Shown here: one piece after another, positions 1 through 10,314 of the stretch
Numbering within the stretch: position 1 is the stretch's first letter
Layout of the letters: each line of letters begins with the position of its first letter
NCBI GenBank assembly: GCA_963725865.1
Contig: CAVSAC010000012.1
Span: 576,001-640,000 of the forward strand
DNA: 64,000 nt
Origin: Candidatus Eiseniibacteriota bacterium
GTDB taxonomy: Bacteria; Eisenbacteria; RBG-16-71-46
Direction: 5' to 3'
Position numbers and translations under genes: made by a program
The notes under the pieces: model-generated
The model's database searches: none
What the model was told of the DNA's origin: nothing
What the model saw: only the letters and a program-made list of their open reading frames with translations

Positions 1-1
1 C

Positions 2-780
<779 letters not shown>

Positions 781-781
<1 letters not shown>

Positions 782-1977
782 TGGCGAGCCACCGCCTGGA
801 CTACGACGACGCGTACACCACCCGGTTCCGCGCCGTCATCGCCGGCACGGGTGTCCACGCGGGCCGGCCCGCCGTCGAGCTGGAGTCCACGTACTTCTAC
901 CCCGAGAGCGGGGGACAGGAAGCCGACCGCGGCACGCTCGCCGGCCAGCCGGTGGTGGACGTGCAGTCCGACGACGACGGCCGGGTCTGGCACGTGCTGG
1001 CGCCCGCGGTTCCACCGCCCGCCGGCGAGGTGGCGGCCGAGATCGACTGGGCGCGCCGCTTCGACCACATGCAGCAGCACACCGGCCAGCACATCCTCTC
1101 GGCCGCGCTGGAGCGCGTACTCGAGGCGCCCACGCTCTCCTCGCACCTGGGGGAGGAGCGCAGCACGATCGAGGTGCCGATGGCGGACGCCACCTGGCGC
1201 GACGTGGAGCGCGTGGAGGAGGCCGCGAACCGCGTGGTGTGGGAGGACCGCGAGATCCTGCGCCACTGGGCCGACGATCAGAGCGTGCGCCGCTTCGCGT
1301 TGCGCAAGCCACCCGCGGTGACCGGGCGCATCCGCGTGGTCGAGATTCCCGACTGGGACGTCTCCGCCTGCGGCGGCACCCACACCCGGCGCACCGGCGA
1401 GGTCGGCGTCATCAAGGTCGTGCGCTGGGAGAAGGTGCGCGGGAACGTGCGCTTCGAGTTCCTGTGCGGCGCGCGCGCGCTGCACGACCACGCGTGGCGC
1501 ACCGAGGCGCTGCTGGAGTCGGCGAAGCGGCGCACCATCAAGGACCGCGAACTGCTCGCGCACCTCGAGCGTGCCGCCGAGGAGCGCGACGTGCTCAAGA
1601 AGCGCCTCGCGGCGCTCACCGCGGACCTGGTGACGATGGAGGCGCGCGCGCGCGTCGGCGAGCCGCCCCGCGCGGTGACCGACCTCGCCGCCGACCGCCC
1701 GCGCGACGAGGTGCGCCTGTTCGCGCTCAAGTGCCTGGAGGCCGGCGCGCCCTGGGTGGTGGCGGGCTCGCGGGCGCCCGAGCCGTGCGTGGTCGCCGGG
1801 CGCGCGAAATCCGCGAACGGGGACCTGCGCACGCTGGTGCCGGGCCTGCTCGAGCGCGCGCGGGGCAAGGGCGGTGGCGCGCCCGACCTGGTGCAGGCGG
1901 CGGCCGCCGACGCCGCGACCGCCGAGGCGGCGTTCCGCTGGCTCGCGGACTCCGTGCCGGCGCTGCTCGGAGTCTGA
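781..1977 (+). CDS. Alanyl-tRNA editing protein (AlaX-like) with DHHA1-like C-terminus
   Basis: FYPESGGQ, MQQHTGQH (HxxxH), CGGTH, GKGGG motifs; ATG overlaps the upstream TGA. Confidence 0.88.
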
Positions 1978-1983
1978 TGCGCG

Positions 1984-2009
1984 ACGGGCGGGCCCGCGGG
2001 CCCGCCCGT
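1984..2009. terminator. Perfect 26-bp palindrome between convergent genes, probable bidirectional terminator
   Basis: acgggcgggcccgcgggcccgcccgt. Confidence 0.55.
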
Positions 2010-2013
2010 GCGA

Positions 2014-3546
2014 TCACTTCCTGCGCGCCAGCGGCTTGGCGGGTGGCTTCTTCGCCACCGCGGTCCTGGCCCTGGGCACCGCGCTACTGCCCGTCGTCAC
2101 CGTCTTCGGGAAGCCCGACTTCGCGGGCACCGCGGTCCTGCCGGTCGTCAGCGCCTTCGGGACGGCCGACTTCGCGGGCACCGCGGTCCTGCCGGTCGTC
2201 AGCGCCTTCGGGGCGGCCGGCTTCGCGGGCACCGACTTCAATGCGGTCGCGGCCGGCCTTGCGGGCGGAGCCTTCGCCGCCGGCGTGAATGCCTTGACCG
2301 GGGCCGGTCGCGCGGCCGCCACGCCCGCCTTGAGTGCCGCGATGCGCTGGGCGGCCGCGACCACGCCGGCCGCGGCGCCATCGCCGTCGGAGGGGATGCG
2401 ACGCGCCTCGCTCGGCGGCATGGTGTAGTCGAAGTCCGGCAGCGTGACGCGCGCGATCGCCCGGCCGAGGAACCGCTCGATCGCCTCGACGTCCTTCTGT
2501 TCCTCGGGGCTCATCAGCGTGGAGGCCGCGCCCACGGCATCCGCGCGCCCCTGGCGGCCGATGCGGTGCGCGTAGTCCTCGGGCGTCTGCGGGACCTCGA
2601 AGTTCACGACGTGCGCGACCCCGGCCACGTCGAGACTGCGCGCGGCCGCGTGGCTCGCCACCAGGATCTGGCTGCGGCCCCGCTTGAGGTCCTCGAGCGC
2701 CGCCTCGCGTTGATCCTGGTTGGGGTGCTCGTCGAGCAGCGCGACCGTGTACCCCCGCTTCTGCAGGTGGCGTCCGATGCGCTCGCCGGCGGTGCGTGAG
2801 CGCGTGAACACGGTGGTGCTGCGGACCTCCATCTGCGACAGGATCTCGTCGAGCAGATCGGACTTGAGCTCCTTGGGCACCGGGTAGACCGCCTGGCGGA
2901 TGCCGGCCGAGGGCTTGGCCGCGACACCCACGTCGACCCGCAGCGGCTCGATCAGCGCTTCCTTCGCGAGGCGATTCAGCTCCGGCGGCATGTTGAGCGT
3001 GAACATCACGGTCTGCCGGGTCTCGGGGAGCAGCTTCAGCAGCTTGCGGACGTCGGGGCCGAGGCCCAGCTGCACCATCTTGTCGGCCTCGTCGAGCACC
3101 AGCAGCTCGACGTCGGCGAAGTTCAGGAAGTTCTTCGCGACCAGCTCGAGCAGCCGCCCCGGGGTCGCCACCAGCAGGTCCGCCCCCTGCTCGCGCAGCA
3201 GGCGCTCCTGCTGGGCGAGCGGGGCGCCGGTGTAGACGACCACGATGTTCAGGTTGGCGAAGCGAGCGTAGTCGCGACAGCGCGTCTCGACGTAAGCGGC
3301 CATCTCGCGACTCGGCACCAGGATGATCGCGCGCAGGCGCGGGGTGGTGCCATCCAGCAGCCGGGCGAGGAGGGGGATGGCGTAGGCTCCGGTCTTTCCC
3401 GAACCACTTTGCGCGATCCCGATCAGGTCGTTCCCCTGCACGATGATGGGGATCGCCTTGCTCTGGATGGCGGTGGCCTCGGTGTAGCCGGCGGCCCGGA
3501 TGCCCTTCAGGATCGCTGGGGGCAGTCCGAGAGCAGCAAAGTTCAC
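2014..3546 (-). CDS. DEAD-box RNA helicase (RhlE-like) with degenerate motifs and a basic repetitive tail
   Basis: AQSGSGKT, PSREMA, ATPGRL, LDEAD, HRIGRQGR; GTG start with GGAGG SD. Confidence 0.9.
   Translation of the reverse strand: MNFAALGLPPAILKGIRAAGYTEATAIQSKAIPIIVQGNDLIGIAQSGSGKTGAYAIPLLARLLDGTTPRLRAIILVPSREMAAYVETRCRDYARFANLNIVVVYTGAPLAQQERLLREQGADLLVATPGRLLELVAKNFLNFADVELLVLDEADKMVQLGLGPDVRKLLKLLPETRQTVMFTLNMPPELNRLAKEALIEPLRVDVGVAAKPSAGIRQAVYPVPKELKSDLLDEILSQMEVRSTTVFTRSRTAGERIGRHLQKRGYTVALLDEHPNQDQREAALEDLKRGRSQILVASHAAARSLDVAGVAHVVNFEVPQTPEDYAHRIGRQGRADAVGAASTLMSPEEQKDVEAIERFLGRAIARVTLPDFDYTMPPSEARRIPSDGDGAAAGVVAAAQRIAALKAGVAAARPAPVKAFTPAAKAPPARPAATALKSVPAKPAAPKALTTGRTAVPAKSAVPKALTTGRTAVPAKSGFPKTVTTGSSAVPRARTAVAKKPPAKPLARRK
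2066..2235. repeat. 51-bp in-frame tandem repeat, about 3 copies (17-aa unit KALTTGRTAVPAKSAVP-like)
   Basis: gacttcgcgggcaccgcggtcctgccggtcgtcagcgccttcggg recurs at 2117 and 2168, with degenerate copies at about 2066 and 2219. Confidence 0.9.
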
Positions 3547-3760
3547 AGGACCTCCGTGAGGCGGGTCGCTCGAATCGTGGTGTTCGTGGCCTTCCGGGGC
3601 GGGCGAGGGGCGGAGCGAGGTGTCCGCACGGCCGGCACGGTGAAGGTACGGGCGGCGGGGCTCCGGGGCAACGGAGAATGCGCGGCGGGCCGGTTCGGGA
3701 TGCCGGATTTGTACGTGGCTTCACACCACCATGGTCTGCAGGGCGCCGGCGGCGGAAAGC

Positions 3761-4705
3761 TCAGCGCGCGCGCGGGGTGCGGGCGCGGGATCGCCGCGCC
3801 GGCCGCGCGCGGGAGCCGCTGGCGGCGGACTGCGCGCGCCGCGCCCCCGGGGGGTGCGGGGTGTCCGCGGGGTGGGCCGCGGCGCGCTGGCAGCTCGGGC
3901 AGTAGAAGGTCGAGCGCTGCCCCTGCACGATCCGGCGGATCGCGGTGCCGCAGGTGCGGCAGGGCGCTCCCGCGCGGTCGTAGACGCGGAGCTGGTCCCC
4001 GTAGCTGCCCGGCTCGTTCCACAGCGTGCGGTAGCTGCTGAACGTCGTGCCCATGCGGGCGATCGCCTCGCCGAGCGTGGCGATGGTCTCGCGTGCGACC
4101 GCGTCCCACTCGGCGCGCGTCAGCGTGCCGGCGCGGCGCCGCGGCGAGATCCGCGCGCGGAACAGCACCTCGCTGGCGTAGATGTTCCCGATGCCGGCGA
4201 GGCGCCGCTGGTCGAGCAGGAAGTCCTTCACCGCGACGCGCGCGCCGCGCGCGAGGTCGCGCAGGCGATCGCCGGTGGGCGGATCGGCGACCGGATCGGG
4301 CCCGAGGATCCGCAGGGCCGGGTGCGTCGCCTCGGCTCCGCGCTCGAGCAGTTCGAACATGCCGAATCGGCGCGGGTCCTGGAACCACAGGTGCGACCCG
4401 TCGCGGAACGCGAGCCGCACGTGTACGTGCGGCAGCGAATCGTCGGGCCGCCCGGCCCAGAACAGCCAGCGCCCGCTCATGCCGAGGTGCGACAGCAGCG
4501 TTCGGTCGCCGTCGAGGTCGAGCAGCAGGTACTTGCCGACCCTCCGCGCGGCGGTGAACGTGCGCCCCGCCAGGCGCCGCGACAGGCCGCGGGCGAGCGG
4601 CGTGCGCAGGCGCATTCCCGAAGTCGCGGCGCTCGCGATGGTGCGCCCGAGCACGCTTTCCGCCAGCATGCGACGGACGGTCTCGACCTCCGGCAGCTCG
4701 GGCAT
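3761..4705 (-). CDS. mutM: Formamidopyrimidine-DNA glycosylase with Arg-rich C-terminal tail
   Basis: MPELPEVE, GKYL, HLGMSG, GIGNIYASE, C4 zinc finger. Confidence 0.97.
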   Translation of the reverse strand: MPELPEVETVRRMLAESVLGRTIASAATSGMRLRTPLARGLSRRLAGRTFTAARRVGKYLLLDLDGDRTLLSHLGMSGRWLFWAGRPDDSLPHVHVRLAFRDGSHLWFQDPRRFGMFELLERGAEATHPALRILGPDPVADPPTGDRLRDLARGARVAVKDFLLDQRRLAGIGNIYASEVLFRARISPRRRAGTLTRAEWDAVARETIATLGEAIARMGTTFSSYRTLWNEPGSYGDQLRVYDRAGAPCRTCGTAIRRIVQGQRSTFYCPSCQRAAAHPADTPHPPGARRAQSAASGSRARPARRSRARTPRAR

Positions 4706-4920
4706 GCGTCAGCGCTCCGGACCCGCGCCGACGCCGGCGACGACGGCGCGGCGCGCGCGCGAGTGGTGCGGCATGACGGGGGCCCTCCTGGTGGACGGTG
4801 GACCGCGCACGCTAGCGCCCGCGCGCATCGCTCGCAAGCCCGTGCCGCGCGGGAGCCATTGCGCCGGCGCGTGCGCGCGTGGCATGCTGCCGCATCACGG
4901 ACGGCAGCACTCGGAGGCCC

Positions 4921-5841
4921 ATGGACGACCGCTCGCGCTTCGATGAATTCGCGCGCCTCGCGACCGAGCAGCGCAATCCGCGCACTCGCGACCTCGACAC
5001 GCTCGACGTGCCCGGCATCCTCGCGCGCATCTCCGCCGAGGACCGCACCGTCCCCGAGGCCGTCGGTCGCGAGATCCCGCACATCGTCGCGGCGGTCGAG
5101 TTGGTGGTGGCCTCGTTCCGCGCCGGCGGGCGCCTGATCTACGTGGGCGCCGGCACCAGCGGGCGCCTCGGCGTGCTCGACGCCTCGGAGTGCCCGCCGA
5201 CGTTCGGCTCCGACCCGCGCATGGTGCAGGGGATCATCGCCGGAGGCGCCCCGGCGCTGGTGCGCGCCGTCGAGGGGGCCGAGGACCGCGCCGAGGACGG
5301 CGAGCGCGCCATCGAGGATCTCGCGGTGGATGCTCGTGACACCGTGATCGGCCTGGCGGCGAGCCGCCGCACCCCGTTCGTGGTCGCCGCCATCGCGCGC
5401 GCCCGCGCGCGCGGCGCGCGTACGGCGTACGTCACGTGCACGCCGCGCCACGAGTTCGCGCTCGAGGTCGACGTCGCGATCTGCCCCGAGGTGGGGCCCG
5501 AGGTGGTGATGGGCTCCACGCGCATGAAGGCGGGCACCGCGCAGAAGCTGGTGCTGAACATGATCACCACCGCCGCGTTCGTGCGCATGGGCAAGGTCCA
5601 CGAGAACATGATGGTCGACCTGATGGCGAATAGCCGGAAGCTGGTCGAGCGCAGCCGCCGCACCGTGATGACCGTCACCGGCGCCGACTACGACGCCGCC
5701 GCGCGCGCCATCGACGCGGCCGGCGGGAGCGTGAAGACCGCGATCGTGATGGTGACGTGCGGGAGCACGCGGGCGGAGGCCGAGGCCCGGCTCGCGCGCG
5801 CGGACGGATTCGTGCGGGCCGCCCTGGCGGAGTCCCGGTGA
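4921..5841 (+). CDS. murQ: N-acetylmuramic acid 6-phosphate etherase
   Basis: GAGTSGRLGVLDASECPPTF, GSTRMKAGTAQK; GGAGG SD before ATG 4921. Confidence 0.96.
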   Translation: MDDRSRFDEFARLATEQRNPRTRDLDTLDVPGILARISAEDRTVPEAVGREIPHIVAAVELVVASFRAGGRLIYVGAGTSGRLGVLDASECPPTFGSDPRMVQGIIAGGAPALVRAVEGAEDRAEDGERAIEDLAVDARDTVIGLAASRRTPFVVAAIARARARGARTAYVTCTPRHEFALEVDVAICPEVGPEVVMGSTRMKAGTAQKLVLNMITTAAFVRMGKVHENMMVDLMANSRKLVERSRRTVMTVTGADYDAAARAIDAAGGSVKTAIVMVTCGSTRAEAEARLARADGFVRAALAESR

Positions 5842-7073
5842 GGCTCCCGCGCTCGCCGCGAGTGCTCGTCGCGCTCGGTCTGGGGCTGGCGCTCGCGTCC
5901 GCCTGTAGCCCCACGCCGAAGCCGCCCGAGCCGATCGTCTTCTGGCAGCCGTGGCCGCCCGAGGTCGTGGGACCGGTGGTGCGCCGCTTCGAGGCCGAGC
6001 ATCCCGGGCTGCTGGTGCGTCTGGTGACCGTCCCGCGGATCGACGGGCAGAATCCGGTCGACTCGGCGCTCGCCGCAGGCATCGTCCCCGACCTGTGCGT
6101 GATCGCCTCCGACGACATGCCGAAGCTGCTGGCCCTCGGCGCGCTCTCGGACTGGAGCGCGGGCGTCGCCGACCAGCGCGATTCGCTCCGCGGCTGGGAG
6201 CTGTGCACGGTCGGAGACGCCGTGTACGGCATGCCGTGGATGCTCGCCACGCAGGCGCTGTTCTGGAACAAGTCGCTGTTCGCGCGCGCGCACCTCGACA
6301 CGACGCACGGACCCGAGACCTGGGACGACGTGCGCCGCGCGGCGGCGGCGATCCAGCGCCTGGGCCACGGGGTGCACGGGTACGGCGTGAGCGCGAACCA
6401 GCGCGGGCGGCTGTTCGAGCGGTTCATGCCGTATGCGTGGGGCAACGAGGGCGAGGTGCTGTCGGCCGGGCGGGACTCCTCGCGCTTCGACTCGCCGGCC
6501 AACCGCGCGGCGCTCGAGTTCTACCTGAGCCTGCGCCGCGGCGGGCTGATCGGCGTGCCGGGGACTCTCGACCAGGAGTTCGTGGAGGGTCGGCTCGGAA
6601 TGGAGCTGGCGGGCGGGTGGCTGATCCCGCGATTGCGCGGCGCGGCGCAGGGGCCGCGCTTCGGCGTCGCGCTCGTCCCGCGGCCGGCGGCCGACCGCGG
6701 CACCCACGCCTCTGTCGCCGGCGGGGAGGTGTTGGTGTCGTTCCAGGGCTCCCGTCACAAGCCCGAGGCACTGCTGCTCGCGCGCTTCCTCGTGCGCACC
6801 GAGAACGCGCTGGCACTCGCGCGGACCACGCCGTCCCTGCAGCCCGCGGTCCGCGGCGCCGACTCGCTCGCGTACTACCTCGAGCGGCCGGCCGAGCAGG
6901 CGCTGGTGCGCCAGCTCGCGACCGCGCGCTTCATCCCCTCGCACCGGCAATGGGCCGCGATGCAGGCGGCGATCGAGGACGAGATCGAGCAGGCGCTGTT
7001 CGACAAGAAGTCGGCGGCCCAGGCGGTGGCGGACGCCGACGCGCGCATCGTCGAGCTGGTGGGGAAGCAGTAG
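5838..7073 (+). CDS. Carbohydrate ABC transporter substrate-binding lipoprotein
   Basis: Lipobox LASAC, YGMPW..LFWNKSLF, PETWDD; GTGA overlap with murQ. Confidence 0.85.
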   Translation: MRLPRSPRVLVALGLGLALASACSPTPKPPEPIVFWQPWPPEVVGPVVRRFEAEHPGLLVRLVTVPRIDGQNPVDSALAAGIVPDLCVIASDDMPKLLALGALSDWSAGVADQRDSLRGWELCTVGDAVYGMPWMLATQALFWNKSLFARAHLDTTHGPETWDDVRRAAAAIQRLGHGVHGYGVSANQRGRLFERFMPYAWGNEGEVLSAGRDSSRFDSPANRAALEFYLSLRRGGLIGVPGTLDQEFVEGRLGMELAGGWLIPRLRGAAQGPRFGVALVPRPAADRGTHASVAGGEVLVSFQGSRHKPEALLLARFLVRTENALALARTTPSLQPAVRGADSLAYYLERPAEQALVRQLATARFIPSHRQWAAMQAAIEDEIEQALFDKKSAAQAVADADARIVELVGKQ

Positions 7074-7076
7074 CGG

Positions 7077-8291
7077 ATGCCCCGCCACGACGACGGGCTC
7101 GCGCAGGTGCGGGACTACCTCGCGCGCGAGGAGCACCTGGTGATCGGCCTCATGACCGGCACCTCGGCCGACGCCGTGGACGCCGCACTCGTGCGCTTCC
7201 ACGGCCACGGGCCCGCGAGCACGCACGAGGTGGTGGCGTTCCGCTCGATCGCGCTCGAGCCCGCGCTGCGCCGGGAGATCCTGGCGGTCGCTGGGGCGCG
7301 CGTGCTGGAGCCCGAGCGCCTGATGCGGCTCGACGCCGCGCTGGGCGAGTGCTACGCGGCCGCGGTGCTCGAGCTGCTCGCCGAGCGCCCGCTCGATCCG
7401 CGCACCATCGACGCCATCGGCTCCCACGGCCAGACCGTGCGGCACCTGCCGCGCGCGGATAACGCGGGCGAGGCGCTCACCCTGCAGCTGGGTTCGGCCG
7501 CGCGGCTGGCCGAGCGGACCGGGATCGCGGTGGTGTCCGACTTCCGGAGCCGCGACACCGCGGCGGGGGGCGAGGGCGCGCCGCTGGTGCCGCTGTTCGA
7601 CTGGTGGCGCTTCCGCGACGCCGCCGAGTCGCGCGCTTTGCTCAATCTGGGCGGGATGGCGAACGTGACGCACCTGCCGCGCGGCGGCTCGCTCGACGCG
7701 CTGCTCGCGTTCGACACCGGACCCGGCAACGCGGTGCTCGATGCGCTCGCGGCGCTCGCCAGCGGCGGGCGTCTGCAGCGGGACGAAGGCGGCGCGCTCG
7801 CCGAGCGCGGGACCGCGAACGAGGCGCTGCTGGCGGAGCTGCTCGCGGATCCATTCTTCGCCGTGCCGCCGCCGCGCTCCACCGGGCGCGAGCGCTATGG
7901 CCGGTCGTTCGCCGAGCGGCTGCGCGCGCGCGGCGCGGACGCGGGACTCGCGGACGCGGACGTGATGGCCACCGCGGTCGAGCTGACGGCGGCGTCGGTG
8001 GCGCTCGCGGTGACGCGGTACCTGCTCCCGCGCGGCGGTGTCGACAAGGTCGCCGCGAGCGGCGGCGGCGTGCGCAATCCGGCGCTGATGCGCGCGCTCG
8101 CTCGGCGGTTGGCGCCGGTGCCGCTGGTGACGATCGAGTCCCTCGGCGGCGATCCGGCCGCGAAGGAGGCGGTCGCGTTCGCGTTTCTCGCGCACCTGAC
8201 GCTGTGCGGCGCGCCGGGGAACGTGCCGGGGGCGACCGGTGCGCGGCGGCCGGTGCTGCTCGGGCACCTGACGCCGGGCGGGCGAGCGTGA
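7077..8291 (+). CDS. anmK: Anhydro-N-acetylmuramic acid kinase
   Basis: GLMTGTSADAVD, GSHGQTV, GGEGAPLVP, FDTGPGN, KEAVAFA. Confidence 0.96.
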   Translation: MPRHDDGLAQVRDYLAREEHLVIGLMTGTSADAVDAALVRFHGHGPASTHEVVAFRSIALEPALRREILAVAGARVLEPERLMRLDAALGECYAAAVLELLAERPLDPRTIDAIGSHGQTVRHLPRADNAGEALTLQLGSAARLAERTGIAVVSDFRSRDTAAGGEGAPLVPLFDWWRFRDAAESRALLNLGGMANVTHLPRGGSLDALLAFDTGPGNAVLDALAALASGGRLQRDEGGALAERGTANEALLAELLADPFFAVPPPRSTGRERYGRSFAERLRARGADAGLADADVMATAVELTAASVALAVTRYLLPRGGVDKVAASGGGVRNPALMRALARRLAPVPLVTIESLGGDPAAKEAVAFAFLAHLTLCGAPGNVPGATGARRPVLLGHLTPGGRA

Positions 8292-9652
8292 GGTTCGCGC
8301 GCGGAATGGGCGCCCGCCCGGTGCGCGGCGCGGCGGTGCTGGCACTCACGCTGCTCGCGGGCTCGTGCGCGACCGTCCCCGTTCCGGCGCCGGTCCCCGC
8401 GCCGCGAGCGGGCCCGCCGGCGTCCGCGCCCGCGCACCCGACGACCTCGCAGGAATCCGGGCCGCTGCGGCTCGCGGGCGAGCCCATGATCGAGGTCGGG
8501 CTCGCGTGGGATGTCGATTCGATCGCGCTCGCGCCTCCGGCGCGCGTGGAGTTCGCCGTACGTCGCGACCGCCCGGGGCGCATGGATCCCGAGATCGCGT
8601 TCCGCGCGCCGCTGATGGTGCGCCGGCGGGAGGGCGGGGCGGATGCGTCGTGGGGCTTCCAGGGCGCGTTCGACCTGGTGCGCGGGGACACCCTGTGGGT
8701 GACGAGCGTCGCGGGCGCGCCGCGCTTCGGATGGAACGGTCGCACCTGGCGGGGCCAGGCCAAGTTGTTCGTGAACGCGCGGGGCGCGCTCACGCTGGCG
8801 GCCCGGCTGCCGCTCGAGTCCTACCTGCTGGGCGTCGTGCCCGGCGAGATCGGGGCGCTGAGCGAGGCGCTCGTGGAGGCCGGTCGTGCGCAGGCGGTGG
8901 CGGCACGCTCGTACACCCTGTTCTACCGCGGCCGGCGGGAGAGCGAAGGCTTCGACCTGTACGGCAGCGTGGAGGACCAGGTCTATGGCGCGCTCGACGC
9001 CGAGCGGCCGCTGGCGACGCGCTGCGTCGAGAGCACCCGCGGGCTGGTCGCGCTGGATCGCGGCCAGCCGATCCGCGCGAACTACTGCTCGACGTGCGGC
9101 GGCGTCACTTCCGAGGTGTGGGAGGCGTGGCCCGCGGCGTCGCTCCCGTACCTGGTGAGCCACGCCGATCGCGACGGCGCCGACTTCTGCTCCGCCTCGC
9201 CCCAGTATCGCTGGCACGAGGAGTGGGAGGTGGGCGAGTTCCTGCGCACGCTCGCGCGCTGGGCTCCGGCGCAGGGCGTCGCGCTCCCACCGGGCGGCCT
9301 CGGCGAGCTGGTCGACGTGCGTGTCGACGCGCGCTCGCGCTCGGGACGGGTCTGGCGGCTCACGGTCGCGACCACCACCGGCGACGTCCACATCCCGGCG
9401 TACGTGCTGCGACAGGTAGTGCGCCGGCCGGGCACCGCGGGGGCGATCCTGCGGTCGAACCTCTTCAAGATCGACGTGCGGCGCGACCGCGCCACCCGCC
9501 GCGCGCTCGCCGTCGTGGCGAATGGAGCGGGCTTCGGCCACGGGGTCGGCCTCTGTCAGACCGGTGCGCTCGGCATGGCGCGCGACGGACGCGACGCGCG
9601 CGCGATCGTCGCCCACTACTACCGCGGCGTGGACCTGAAGACGCTCTACTGA
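8288..9652 (+). CDS. SpoIID/LytB-domain lipoprotein (putative lytic transglycosylase); start may be 8306
   Basis: Lipobox LAGSC, LESYLLGVVPGE, AQAVAARSY, DQVY, GFGHGVGLCQTGA..MA. Confidence 0.9.
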   Translation: MRFARGMGARPVRGAAVLALTLLAGSCATVPVPAPVPAPRAGPPASAPAHPTTSQESGPLRLAGEPMIEVGLAWDVDSIALAPPARVEFAVRRDRPGRMDPEIAFRAPLMVRRREGGADASWGFQGAFDLVRGDTLWVTSVAGAPRFGWNGRTWRGQAKLFVNARGALTLAARLPLESYLLGVVPGEIGALSEALVEAGRAQAVAARSYTLFYRGRRESEGFDLYGSVEDQVYGALDAERPLATRCVESTRGLVALDRGQPIRANYCSTCGGVTSEVWEAWPAASLPYLVSHADRDGADFCSASPQYRWHEEWEVGEFLRTLARWAPAQGVALPPGGLGELVDVRVDARSRSGRVWRLTVATTTGDVHIPAYVLRQVVRRPGTAGAILRSNLFKIDVRRDRATRRALAVVANGAGFGHGVGLCQTGALGMARDGRDARAIVAHYYRGVDLKTLY

Positions 9653-9757
9653 GCTTCGCCGACGGTGCGGCGGACCCTGAGCGGCCGCTCGGAAGGACGC
9701 GGCGGCGGGTCGCCCGCGAGACCCCGACGACTTGATCGCGACCTCGTCCTGGGCGCA

Positions 9758-9786
9758 TTGACAGTGGTCGAGCCGGTGGTTATCCT
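9758..9786 (+). promoter_or_regulatory. sigma70-type promoter for tRNA-Asp
   Basis: TTGACA-17 nt-TATCCT. Confidence 0.8.
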
Positions 9787-9838
9787 GCCGCGGCTTCGGC
9801 GCTCGGGTGCTGACTTACGGTGACCGGGAGCCCAGTGC

Positions 9839-9915
9839 GGGGTTGTAGTTCAGTCGGTTAGAACGCCTGCCTGTCACGCAGGAGGTCGCGGGTTCGAGTC
9901 CCGTCAACCCCGCCA
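9839..9915 (+). tRNA. tRNA-Asp (GTC)
   Basis: Acceptor stem GGGGTTG/CAACCCC, anticodon loop CTGTCAC, GGTTCGAGTCC T-arm, encoded CCA. Confidence 0.97.
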
Positions 9916-9930
9916 TTCTCATGCCGTCCG

Positions 9931-9952
9931 AGGGCCCGTCGGGCCCTTTTTT
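9931..9952 (+). terminator. Intrinsic terminator after tRNA-Asp
   Basis: agggccc-gtc-gggccct followed by T-run. Confidence 0.85.
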
Positions 9953-10161
9953 CGTCGGGGCCTCCACTGCCTCCCGATGCTCCGGGAGAGCCGAACGCCA
10001 CACGGGTCGCACCCCCCGGACGCTGGACGAAGTCTGAACGATTCGACTCTCTTCGGCTCTTCGTGGCGCGGGGGAACACCTCCCGCATCGCGTGCATTGG
10101 GGCGCCGAAATCGGTGTCAGCGAAAGTGGTTCTGCGCGAGCAGGATGCGGCCGAATCCTTC

Positions 10162-10189
10162 TTGACGGAGGGGGCGGGCTCCGTATACT
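10162..10189 (+). promoter_or_regulatory. sigma70-type promoter for the acidic ORF
   Basis: TTGACG-16 nt-TATACT. Confidence 0.7.
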
Positions 10190-10314
10190 GCCGCTTGCTT
10201 TTGACGCCGCGCGTCTCATCGAGCATCGAATCACTCGCGCGCCGTCATCGCTACACGACATCCACGCCTGGCTGGGCGCTCGGGACGCGCCGTCACCTGC
10301 GAGCTGAGGTGGCC

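Noticed and set aside
2066..2235. 51-bp repeat as a CRISPR array
   Set aside because: Contiguous, in-frame coding repeat without unique spacers or cas genes
9839..10310. tRNA-Asp as a possible integration site
   Set aside because: No integrase follows, and I saw no duplicated tRNA 3' end elsewhere in the window
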